In this document: positions 1-8,673 of the stretch, piece after piece
Position numbering within the stretch: position 1 is the stretch's first letter
How the letters are laid out: each line of letters starts with the position of its first letter
Assembly (NCBI GenBank): GCA_963704725.1
Contig: OY969934.1
Coordinates: forward strand, 2,432,001-2,496,000
Length of the DNA: 64,000 nt
Source of the DNA: an uncultured Actinomycetes bacterium
GTDB taxonomy: Bacteria > Actinomycetota > UBA4738 > HRBIN12
Reading direction: 5' to 3'
The notes under the pieces: generated by a model
What the model saw: only the letters and a program-made list of their open reading frames with translations
Told to the model about the DNA's origin: nothing
Databases searched by the model: none
Made by a program: the position numbers and the translations under genes

Positions 1-3
1 CGG

Positions 4-1380
4 TCACGCCGAGATCGCCGCGGCGAACTCCGCGAAGTTCTCCACGTAGCGGCGGGCGTCGTCCTCCGTGTGGAACACGGACGTCGTCCACGTCTCCTGC
101 TTCGACCAGGGCGACTTGAACACGCCGCGGTTCTGCTGGAACAGCCACGCCAGGTAGGTGATCCGCTCGTCGATCCCGATCGCGTCCCGGTACTCGCGCA
201 CGGGCGTGGCCGAGTAGATCACCGACCCCTTGGCGCCCATGCCGGCGACGTACGCCGGGAGGCGGTGCTCCTCGATCGCGGCGCCGCACCCCTCGGCCAG
301 CGCGCGATGCACGAGGTCGAGCTGCTCGTACACGTCCCTCGTCAGCACCTCGGTGAGGCAGGCGCGCGAGGCCGCCATCGTCAGCGGGTTCCCGTTGAAG
401 GTGCCGGCCATGTCGTACTCGTCGCGAAGGACCGGGCCGAACAGCTCCTCGGTCGCACCGATCGCTCCGCACGGCAGGCCGCCGCCGATCGCCTTGGCCA
501 GGCAGATCACGTCCGGCGTGACGCCGAAGGCCTCCACGGCCCCGCCGTACGCGATCGCCGCGCCGGTCTTCACCTCGTCGAACGCGAGGAACGCGCCGTG
601 GCGATGCAGAAGGTCCTTGAGGCCCTGGAGGTAGCCCGGGTCGGGAAGGATCACGCCGCAGTTCATCATGGCCGGCTCGACGAACATGCCCGCGACGCTG
701 CCCTCGAGCTCGGCGAGCGCGGCCTCGGCGGCGGCGAGGTCGTTGAACGGCACCACCCGAACCAGCTCGGCGAACGCCTCCGGGATCCCCAGGGCCTGCG
801 GGAGCGTCACGGGGTGCTCGCGGGGACCGATCCGCTCCGGGTCGGGGATCACCGAGAACATCAGCGAGTCGTGATGACCGTGGTACGTGCCCTCGATCTT
901 GATGAGGACGTCGCGGCCGGTCGCCGCCCGCATCAGGCGAGCGGCCTCCAGCGTCGACTCGGTGCCCGAGTTGCAGAACCGCCACAGCGGCAGGCCGAAC
1001 CGGTCCACGAGGTTCTCCCCCACCGCGTCGAGATCGCGCGTCGGCTGCGCGAAGTGCGTGCCGAGCCGGGCCCGGCGCTCGATCGCCTCGACGATCTTGG
1101 GGTGCGCGTGGCCCGCGACCATCGCCCCGTAGCCCAGGTGGTAATCGAGGTACTCGTTCCCGTCGATGTCCCACAGGCGGTTGCCCTGCCCCCGGTCGAC
1201 GTAGATCACGTGGGGCGGGGAGGCCTGCCATGACGATGCCACGCCGCCGGCCACGGTGCGCTCCGCGACCGCTCGGTAGGCGATCGAGGCCCGGTGCTTC
1301 GGCTCGAGCCTCGCCTCCTCCTCCGAGATCAGATGGTCGATCCGCTCGAGGTCGAGCTCGGTCGCCTGTCTGGTTGCCAC
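4..1380 (-). CDS. Class III PLP aminotransferase (glutamate-1-semialdehyde aminomutase-like, probably not HemL)
   Basis: Motifs NSGTE, YHGHHD, FDEVKTG, LAKAIGGG (PLP Lys), GTFNGNP; lacks the HemL GGVNSPVR signature. Confidence 0.85.
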   Translation of the reverse strand: MATRQATELDLERIDHLISEEEARLEPKHRASIAYRAVAERTVAGGVASSWQASPPHVIYVDRGQGNRLWDIDGNEYLDYHLGYGAMVAGHAHPKIVEAIERRARLGTHFAQPTRDLDAVGENLVDRFGLPLWRFCNSGTESTLEAARLMRAATGRDVLIKIEGTYHGHHDSLMFSVIPDPERIGPREHPVTLPQALGIPEAFAELVRVVPFNDLAAAEAALAELEGSVAGMFVEPAMMNCGVILPDPGYLQGLKDLLHRHGAFLAFDEVKTGAAIAYGGAVEAFGVTPDVICLAKAIGGGLPCGAIGATEELFGPVLRDEYDMAGTFNGNPLTMAASRACLTEVLTRDVYEQLDLVHRALAEGCGAAIEEHRLPAYVAGMGAKGSVIYSATPVREYRDAIGIDERITYLAWLFQQNRGVFKSPWSKQETWTTSVFHTEDDARRYVENFAEFAAAISA

Positions 1381-1423
1381 CTTTCGCCTCCCGCGGCACC
1401 GTCCCGGGCGTTCGCGCCCGGCC

Positions 1424-1439
1424 TTGAACGGCCGTTCAA
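1424..1439. promoter_or_regulatory. Perfect 16-bp palindrome TTGAACGGCCGTTCAA, candidate TetR-type operator of the aminotransferase gene
   Basis: Exact self-complementary sequence 44-59 bp upstream of the start at 1380, just downstream of a minus-strand CATACT -10-like hexamer. Confidence 0.6.
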
Positions 1440-1544
1440 TGAGTATGCCAGCGCTCGCGCGGTCGTCGCAAGGCCCGTCGCGCCGAGAGGATCCGGCTCA
1501 TGGCGCACGCCCCGAGTCCGCGTTGCTATCGTTGTGCCGAACGT

Positions 1545-1622
1545 GGTGGCCGTAGCTCAATCGGTTAGAGCACCAGGTTGTGGTCCTGGGGGTTGGGGGT
1601 TCAAGTCCCCTCGGTCACCCCA
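1545..1622 (+). tRNA. tRNA-His(GTG), with G-1 and encoded CCA
   Basis: Acceptor GTGGCCG/CGGTCAC, anticodon arm CCAGG-TTGTGGT-CCTGG, T-loop TTCAAGT. Confidence 0.97.
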
Positions 1623-1652
1623 AGCGCGCGTGGCCCGTTGCTAGACTCCACC

Positions 1653-1726
1653 GGGCCTCTAGCTCAATCTGGCAGAGCAACGGACTCTTAATCCGCAGGT
1701 TCGGGGTTCGAATCCCCGGGGGCCCA
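1653..1726 (+). tRNA. tRNA-Lys(CTT), CCA not encoded
   Basis: Acceptor GGGCCTC/GGGGCCC, anticodon loop CTCTTAA, T-arm CGGGG-TTCGAAT-CCCCG. Confidence 0.97.
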
Positions 1727-1746
1727 CGCACAGGCCCACGCACAGG
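1721..1746. repeat. 12-bp tandem duplication (GGCCCACGCACA x2 + GG) overlapping the tRNA-Lys 3' end
   Basis: Direct reading: ggcccacgcaca ggcccacgcaca gg. Confidence 0.85.
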
Positions 1747-2051
1747 TGTTTGGTTCCGCCTGACGCGTGACACATCGGCTCCGGCTGACGGGCAGGCCTA
1801 CCAACGAAGCCCCAGGTAGAGGTCCCGTTTTCCGTCTTCGTCACACTGATCGAATCGGGTGAATACGCTCCATCCCGATCGCGGGGGAAATGGCCTGCTG
1901 CCTTGAGATTGAGGACCAGAGTCTGCCTGCAGCGCGGGAGGGAATGCCCATGCTCGCGATCGACCGAGGTCTCTCTCGCATCGCGCGGGTCATCGCGTTG
2001 TGGACGCGTGAATCACGACCCCGGCGGACCGGGCTCTAGGCTGGTGCGGGG

Positions 2052-3098
2052 ATGACCGCGATCGCAGGAGTACCCCTGGGCGAAGAGGCTGCTGCCGTGG
2101 CCGCCGTTCGTGCCGGCGACCAGGTGGCCTTCGCCACGTTGGCTGACCGGTACCGGCGACAGCTCCAGGTCCACTGCTACCGGATGCTGGGGTCGGTCGA
2201 CGACGCCGAGGACATGGTCCAGGAGACCCTGCTCCGCGCCTGGAGGGCCCGCGCATCCTTCCAGGGCCGGTCCCTGTTCCGGACCTGGCTCTACCGCATC
2301 GCCACGAACGCATGTCTGAATGCGCTCGAGCGCCAGCCACGCCGCATCACGCCGCCGGACCTCGGTCCGCCTTCGGACGACCCGCAAGCTCAGCTGGTCG
2401 AGTCTCCCGAGCTCCCCTGGCTTCAGCCGTATCCGGATCACCTGCTGGAACCTGCGGCGCCGACCGAAACCGAGCCCGAAGCACAGGTCGTGACGCGGGA
2501 GACCATCGAGCTCACCTTCTTGGCAGCGATCCAACATCTCCCGCCCAGGCAGCGGGCGATCCTCATCCTTCGTGATGCGCTTGGATGGACCGCCCAACAG
2601 ACCGCCGCGCTGCTCGACACCAGCGTCGTCTCGGTCAAGAGCTCCCTGCAACGCGCCCGTGGGACGATGCGCGGACGGCTACCCGCCCGCCGCCTCGACT
2701 GGACGTCGGCAACAGCGCCGAGCGCCGAGGAGCGCGCTGTGCTGCGCCGCTACATGACCGTCTATGAGCGGCACGACGCCACCGCGCTCACCGCTCTCCT
2801 GCGTGAGGACGCGCGGCAGACGATGCCACCGGTCCCGGCGTGGTTCGACGGCCGCGAGACGATCGTCGCTGTCAAGGCCTGGTGGCTCGGCCCGGCCAGA
2901 GAGGGTGACTTCCGGGTCTTGCCAACGGTGGCCAACCGCCAACCGGCCACCGCCATCTATCTCCGCCGTCACGGAGATGCGCTGTGCCGCCGTGTGGCCA
3001 TGGAGGTCCTGTGCATCGAAGACGGCCTGATCGTCGAGATCACCTCGTTCCTCGACACGCTCCTCAAGGCCTTCGACCTGCCGGCCGTGCTCCGATGA
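2052..3098 (+). CDS. ECF RNA polymerase sigma-70 factor with C-terminal SnoaL-like domain (SigG-like)
   Basis: HCYRMLGS-DAED-VQET, WLYRIATN, region 4 LPPRQRA..LRD, C-terminal ANRQPA motif. Confidence 0.9.
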   Translation: MTAIAGVPLGEEAAAVAAVRAGDQVAFATLADRYRRQLQVHCYRMLGSVDDAEDMVQETLLRAWRARASFQGRSLFRTWLYRIATNACLNALERQPRRITPPDLGPPSDDPQAQLVESPELPWLQPYPDHLLEPAAPTETEPEAQVVTRETIELTFLAAIQHLPPRQRAILILRDALGWTAQQTAALLDTSVVSVKSSLQRARGTMRGRLPARRLDWTSATAPSAEERAVLRRYMTVYERHDATALTALLREDARQTMPPVPAWFDGRETIVAVKAWWLGPAREGDFRVLPTVANRQPATAIYLRRHGDALCRRVAMEVLCIEDGLIVEITSFLDTLLKAFDLPAVLR

Positions 3099-3381
3099 TG
3101 GACCGAAACGGCGGGCGGGTTCTCCCTCTTCGAGGGAGGGCTTGCGCCGGGCTTCGTCGTGCGCTTGATCACGCCGCTACCCGGCCGCGCTCATGCTGGA
3201 CCGCATGCCACCGCGGGTCCTGCGGAACCATGGCCGCCCGTGCTGCTCTCGGCCGTCTCGCGGTGTGCCCCGTCCGGGCTCGGCGCCTGGTTGGATCGAG
3301 CACGGCCGATCCCTTTTCCCGGAGCCTGGGTCTAAGCAGGTAACGACTCGCGAAGGGCGAGCACCGTCCGAAGGAGATCCG

Positions 3382-4173
3382 GTGAGCGCAGTCAGCAGCA
3401 CCCTCAACTCGAAGGACGGCACCACGATCGCTTTCGATCGGATCGGGGCCGGACCGCCCTTGATCCTCGTCGTCGGCGCCTTCAACGATCGGGCCACCGG
3501 CGCACCGCTCGCCGAGGTCTTGGCGACGGACTTCACCGCCGTCACGTACGACCGCCGCGGTCGAGGGGCGAGCGGGGACACGGCGCCCTACGCCGTCGAG
3601 CGCGAGATCCAGGACCTGGTCGCCCTGATCGACGTGGTCGGCGGTGAGGCATCGATCTTCGGCTACTCCTCGGGAGCGGCCCTGGCCCTGAAGGCCGCCG
3701 CGGCCGGCAGCGGCATCATCAAGCTGGCGCTGTACGACCTGCCTCCGGTGGTCGACGACGGTCGCCCCAGGGACGCGGTCGACCACGCCGCGCGGCTCGC
3801 CGAGCTGGTCGCCGAGGGACGCCGCGGAGATGCCGTCGAGTACTTCCAGTCCAAGCTCGTCGGCATCCCCGACGACGTCGTGGCGCAGCTGCGCCACGCG
3901 CCGTTCCGGCTCGCCCTCGAAGAGATGGCGCACACCCTCGTCTATGAGGCGCTGATCGTCGGCGAGCGATGGGAGCCGGCGGACCTCGCGTCCTCGATCA
4001 GCATCCCGACGCTCGCGGTGGCGGCCGGAGCCGGCTCGCCGTTGCTGCCCGCCGCGGCGGGGGCCTTTGCGGCTGCCGTTCCGAGTGCCCGCGCCGTCAC
4101 CCTCGACGGCCAGTCGCACGACATCGACCCGATGGTGCTGGCCCCCCTACTGAAGGACTTCCTCGCTGGGTGA
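3382..4173 (+). CDS. Alpha/beta hydrolase
   Basis: SKDGTTIAF, YDRRGRG, nucleophile elbow GYSSG, C-terminal His (QSH); GTG start after GAAGGAG RBS. Confidence 0.88.
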   Translation: MSAVSSTLNSKDGTTIAFDRIGAGPPLILVVGAFNDRATGAPLAEVLATDFTAVTYDRRGRGASGDTAPYAVEREIQDLVALIDVVGGEASIFGYSSGAALALKAAAAGSGIIKLALYDLPPVVDDGRPRDAVDHAARLAELVAEGRRGDAVEYFQSKLVGIPDDVVAQLRHAPFRLALEEMAHTLVYEALIVGERWEPADLASSISIPTLAVAAGAGSPLLPAAAGAFAAAVPSARAVTLDGQSHDIDPMVLAPLLKDFLAG

Positions 4174-4291
4174 GCGGACACCCTGCCAACGCTGGCCGGG
4201 TCGCTGCCATGCCCTGACGTGTCCCACTCTCGGTCGCAGGCACCCTCGGCGCGAGTCGGTGAGAGGCATCCGCCGGTGAGAGGCTTGGAAC

Positions 4292-5353
4292 ATGTTGGCC
4301 AACGCCCGTGTCGGCGAGCTCCTGTGGCTTGCCAGCCGCGAGGAGACCGACCACCGAAGGCGCGCGCTGGCACGGGCCTCACGCGCGTCATGGTTCTGGC
4401 CGCAGGAGGCCCACGACATGGTCGCCACCGGCCGGCCACTCACCGATCTTCGCGGGGTCGGTCCTTGGATCGCGGCTCAGATCGAGACCTGGCTCGAGAA
4501 CCCACCGCCCGTCCCGGAGCCCGACGAGACCCGGCGCGGATTCCTCACGTACGCGGAGGTGCGATCCGTGCTGGACGCGGATCCGGAGTGGGAGTCGCTT
4601 CCCTGTGCCGACCTTCAGATGCACACGACGCACAGCGACGGCTCGGTGGCCCTCGAGGGCATGATCGCGGCCGCGCGCACCCTCGGTCGGTCGTTCGTCG
4701 CCGTTACCGACCATTCCCAGTCGTTGAAGATCGCGAACGGCATGACACCGGAGCGGCTCGCCGTCCAGCGGCGCGAGATCGACGAGCTCGACGCGGCGTT
4801 CGCCGACGCAGGCGATGACTTCCGGATCCTCCGCTCGATGGAGGTCGACGTCTTCCCAGACGGGTCGATGGACATGGACGACGAGTCGTTGTCGACCCTG
4901 GATCTGGTGCTCGGCGCGTTCCACTCGAAGCTACGCTCCACCGCCGACGAGACCGAGCGGTACCTGACCGCCCTGGGACAGGCGCGTCTGCACGTGCTCG
5001 CGCACCCGAAGGCGCGGATGTACGGCAGACGCGTGGGACTGGTTGCGGACTGGCGACGGGTGTTCGCCGAGGCGGCGCGGCTGGGCAAGGCCGTCGAGCT
5101 GGACGCCACGGTGTGGCGCCAGGACCTGAACGTGGGGCTTGCGACGCTCGCCCGCGAGGAGGGCGTGCGGTGGTTCTCGATCGGAAGCGACGCACACAGC
5201 GAGCTCGAGCTCGAGTTCCTTCCGTTCGGCATGGCCACCGCCGTCCTCGCCGGCATCGAACGAGACCGCATCCTGAACTACCGATCGATCGACTTCGTGC
5301 GCTCGTGGGCGCGTGAGCTCGGCGAGGAGGCGAGGATCGAGCACGGGTCGTGA
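4292..5353 (+). CDS. PHP-domain protein with PolX-like N-terminal helix-hairpin-helix, no polymerase domain
   Basis: LRGVGP HhH; DLQMHT, TDHS, LAHP, GSDAH PHP motifs. Confidence 0.82.
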   Translation: MLANARVGELLWLASREETDHRRRALARASRASWFWPQEAHDMVATGRPLTDLRGVGPWIAAQIETWLENPPPVPEPDETRRGFLTYAEVRSVLDADPEWESLPCADLQMHTTHSDGSVALEGMIAAARTLGRSFVAVTDHSQSLKIANGMTPERLAVQRREIDELDAAFADAGDDFRILRSMEVDVFPDGSMDMDDESLSTLDLVLGAFHSKLRSTADETERYLTALGQARLHVLAHPKARMYGRRVGLVADWRRVFAEAARLGKAVELDATVWRQDLNVGLATLAREEGVRWFSIGSDAHSELELEFLPFGMATAVLAGIERDRILNYRSIDFVRSWARELGEEARIEHGS

Positions 5354-5380
5354 TGCGATCCGGGTGTGCCCGACGCGCGG

Positions 5381-5797
5381 TCAGCGACCCCGAGCTCGTG
5401 CCCGTGCGATGAAGTCGTTCGCAAGCTCCAGTGGTGCGCAGGCCAGCCATCCGTCGATGAGCGCTTCCCTCAGCGCTCGCCTGGTGACCTTCGTCAGCTG
5501 GATCAAGACGGCCGGATACCCGTCGAAATGGGGGATCGTGAAGAAGGCCACAGGCTCCCCCGCCAGCACCGCCTCCTTCTCCACGAGATCGTCGACGCGA
5601 ACCGCAAGGATGGAACCATCGGGGACGGGCGCCTCACCGAACCGTTGGATGTCGGCCTTGCTGAACGGCCGCTCCCAGGCAAAGGCCTTCCCCGCGACGC
5701 TCCACGTGCGATTGCCGTGCCGCTCACCCTCGGTGACCTCCCGGAGGTCGGATGCGATGCGGGCCACGTCGTCGAGCGTCACCAGACGAGGGCTCAC
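5381..5797 (-). CDS. MmcQ/YjbR family protein
   Basis: KAFAWERPFSKAD...FFTIPHFDGYPAVL...WLACAP. Confidence 0.8.
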   Translation of the reverse strand: MSPRLVTLDDVARIASDLREVTEGERHGNRTWSVAGKAFAWERPFSKADIQRFGEAPVPDGSILAVRVDDLVEKEAVLAGEPVAFFTIPHFDGYPAVLIQLTKVTRRALREALIDGWLACAPLELANDFIARARARGR

Positions 5798-5975
5798 GGC
5801 GTTCTCCTCTGTCGGCCTCGCACCCCCGAACGTTCGGTCGCCGATCACCCTACCGGCAGGGGTACCTCTCCGTTCCATCGGCCGACGGCGCCCTGGGCCG
5901 CTTGGAGCCTCGCCGGAACCGCGGCCGACGAGCCCCATGCATGGGATTCCGGCGAGCGGCTACGATCCGCTCTTC

Positions 5976-7181
5976 GTGGGCGGATCCTCACGTCACGACG
6001 TGGCCAGGACGGCGGGAGTCGAGCTCGACTATGTCGATCGGCTGGTCGAGCTCGGGATCCTGACGCCCGGCGCGGGAGGCGTCTTCTCGACCGGTGACGT
6101 GCGCCGGGCGCGCTGGGTGTGGGCACTGGACCGGTCCGGCGTGCCACTCGAAGGGATGGCCGCCGCCGTCCGGGACGGAGCTCTGTCCTTCTCGTACCTC
6201 GATGCGTCGGCATTCGACCGGTTCGCGGGCATGAGCGCGACGACGTTCTCCGAGCTCAGCAACCAGACCGGCGTTCCGCTGGCGCTCCTGAAGGTGATCC
6301 GCGAGGCCTTTGGCTACGCCGAGCCGGGGCCCGATGATCTGGTCCGCGAGGACGAACGGTTGGTCGTGCCGGTGATCGAACTCCAGCTCTCCCGGGGGTT
6401 CCGGCCCGTCGTGATCGAGCGGTGGCTTCGGGTCTACGCGGACAGCCTGCGCCGGATCGCCGAGACGGAGACGGATTGGTGGAGGAAAGAGGTCGAACAG
6501 CCTCTGCTCCGGGAGGGCATGACTGAGGGCCGGATGCTGCAGGCGCAAGCCGAGGTCGGCTCGGCGATGACCCCCCTGATAGATCAGGCAATCCTGGCCA
6601 TGTACCACGGCCAGCAGGAGCACGCCTGGACCAGGAGCGCCGTCGAGGACGTGGAGGCCGCGCTGGAGGGGGCGGGCCTGCACCGTCGGTTGCGTCGTCC
6701 GCCGGCGGTGTGCTTCCTCGATATCAGCGGCTACACCCGGCTGACCGAGGAGCGGGGCGACGAGGCCGCCGCGGATCTCGCGGCGAGGCTGGCCACGTTG
6801 GTCCGACGGTCCTCCCTGGAACACGGGGGACAGCCGGTGAAGTGGCTGGGAGACGGCGTGATGTTCGTCTTCCCGGACCCGGCACCCTGCGTCGTGGCAG
6901 CCCTCGAGATGGTGGAGGGCGTGGAGTCGCACGGACTTCCCCCCGCCCACGTCGGGGTCCACGCCGGGCCGATGGTCTTCCAGGAAGGTGACTATTTCGG
7001 CCGCACGGTGAACATCGCAGCCAGGATCGCGGAGTTCGCCAGGCCGGGCGAGGTCCTCGTGAGCCAGGAGGTCGTCGACGCGGCGAAGGAAGCTCCCGTG
7101 ACGTTCACGGACGTCGGTCCCGTCGAGCTCAAGGGGGTGTCGGGCACCATCCACCTCCACTCCGCCCGCGGAGCTGGCTGA
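5976..7181 (+). CDS. Class III adenylate/guanylate cyclase with N-terminal regulatory HTH-like repeats
   Basis: FLDISGYT, KWLGDG, DYFGRTVNIAARI, ELKG; TACGAT -10 just upstream of the GTG start. Confidence 0.9.
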   Translation: MGGSSRHDVARTAGVELDYVDRLVELGILTPGAGGVFSTGDVRRARWVWALDRSGVPLEGMAAAVRDGALSFSYLDASAFDRFAGMSATTFSELSNQTGVPLALLKVIREAFGYAEPGPDDLVREDERLVVPVIELQLSRGFRPVVIERWLRVYADSLRRIAETETDWWRKEVEQPLLREGMTEGRMLQAQAEVGSAMTPLIDQAILAMYHGQQEHAWTRSAVEDVEAALEGAGLHRRLRRPPAVCFLDISGYTRLTEERGDEAAADLAARLATLVRRSSLEHGGQPVKWLGDGVMFVFPDPAPCVVAALEMVEGVESHGLPPAHVGVHAGPMVFQEGDYFGRTVNIAARIAEFARPGEVLVSQEVVDAAKEAPVTFTDVGPVELKGVSGTIHLHSARGAG

Positions 7182-7259
7182 GCGCCATGGATCTACCTCA
7201 GGTTCCCTTTCTCGCTTGCTCGCTGCGCGGGGTCGATCCCGCCGCGCCGCGTCGAGAGC

Positions 7260-7583
7260 TCAGGCCGACCGGATCGCCCGGCGGAGCTGTTCGACCGTGG
7301 GTGACCCGGCGAGCCCGTCGGGCGTCGGGTAGACGCGACAGGACAGGCCGAAGCGTTCGCCGGCTGCGGCGAACGGATCCCGGCCGTCGAGCAGGATGGT
7401 TGGAGACCCCACGAAGCGCAGTCGCTCGGCGTCCTCCGCGGTCTCCACGCGTTCCAGGACGGGTTCGACGGACAGCCCCTCCTCGCGCATCACCCGGCGT
7501 AGTCGTTCGTACGCGGTCTGCCAGTTGGGACAGCCGTCGAAGTAGCGCAGGGTCACGTGGAAGGGTCGACCCGTCGCTTCCAT
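7260..7583 (-). CDS. Small thioredoxin-fold protein (YFDGCPN type, often associated with mercury/metal loci)
   Basis: YFDGCPNW, FVGSPTILLDGRDPF, LSCRVY. Confidence 0.75.
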   Translation of the reverse strand: MEATGRPFHVTLRYFDGCPNWQTAYERLRRVMREEGLSVEPVLERVETAEDAERLRFVGSPTILLDGRDPFAAAGERFGLSCRVYPTPDGLAGSPTVEQLRRAIRSA

Positions 7584-7765
7584 GCCTCGAGCTCCGGGTT
7601 GCGGTGGAACCGCGGGAAGACCCATCGGAACAGGCTCAGCCCGGGCTTGCGACACCAGCAGTCCGACGAACAGCTGCACGTGACGAGACCGGCGGCCTCC
7701 CTTGCCCGGCCCACCAGGGCGAGGACCAGGTAGCCCGCCGCGAGCGAGATGACGAATCGCCGCAC
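7553..7765 (-). CDS. Small Cys-rich hypothetical membrane-anchored protein
   Basis: N-terminal hydrophobic helix then CSCSSDCWC; overlaps the downstream gene start. Confidence 0.5.
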   Translation of the reverse strand: MRRFVISLAAGYLVLALVGRAREAAGLVTCSCSSDCWCRKPGLSLFRWVFPRFHRNPELEAWKRRVDPST

Positions 7766-7884
7766 GCTGCCAAGCTAGGTTCGCGATCGTCGAGGGTCAA
7801 GGGAGCGGCGAGTGACGACCGTCACCTTGACCGGGAGCGGACGGACTCGCACCATGGGGCCTCGTTCCCGGCCCAGGAGGCGTC

Positions 7885-8671
7885 ATGGAGTTCGATCCCG
7901 GTCCGCCGCCCTCGATCGCGGAGGTGTTGGCCCGCGTCCTCGACTACTCGGAGCACCGTGACGACTTCTGGCTCGACTGGGGACCGATCTTCTACCGGGG
8001 CCGGCTCGACGGGAGCGCCCGATTGCTGTGTGTGGCGTCGGATCCGGGCGCGACGGAGCGCATCGCGGGCCGGACCCTCGTGGGCGACGCCGGACAGCGA
8101 GTCCAGGGCTTCCTGACGAGGCTCGGTCTCACGCGCTCCTACCTGTGCCTGAACGCGTTCGTGTACGGCATGCACCCGAGCCACTTCTTCGAGGCGCCCG
8201 AGATCCTCAACGAGCAGGCGCAGACGGACTGGCGCAACGAGCTGTTCGACAAGTCGACCCACATCACCTCGACGCTGCAGGCCGTGGTGGCGTTCGGCGC
8301 GAACGCCAAGATCGCGGTCGACCTGTGGGACGGCAAGCGAGACATCCCCGTCTTCGACGTCCACCACCCGAGCTTCCCGGACGAGGACGTGCTGCTCTCG
8401 GACTGGCGGAGCCGTGATGACGCAGCTCCGCGAGATCGTCACGCCCGACGCCGACGGCGACAACTCGGGACCGAACTACGGCTCCTCCTTCGAGGAGGCG
8501 GATTACTCTCCGATCCCCCGGTGGGACCTGCCCTTCGGCGTCCCGTCGTTCCTCGGCGACGACTCCTGGCGCCGGACCGGCCACCCGCGACGCAATACGT
8601 CCGTCGAGCGGCCGGGCGACGATCTCGACCACACGCTGATCTGGCACGCCCCGGCCACCTCGGACGGCTGA
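7885..8671 (+). CDS. Uracil-DNA glycosylase superfamily protein, interrupted by a one-base frameshift near 8410
   Basis: SDPG..E...RTLVGDAG, LNAF, HHPS motifs; protein-like C-terminus continues in the 8414..8671 frame; removing one base at about 8410 gives ...DWRAVMTQLR... Confidence 0.72.
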
Positions 8672-8673
8672 CC

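Noticed and set aside
4-1380. hemL assignment for either class III aminotransferase (also 57650..59008)
   Set aside because: Both lack the GGVNSPVR signature and have no neighbouring hem genes.
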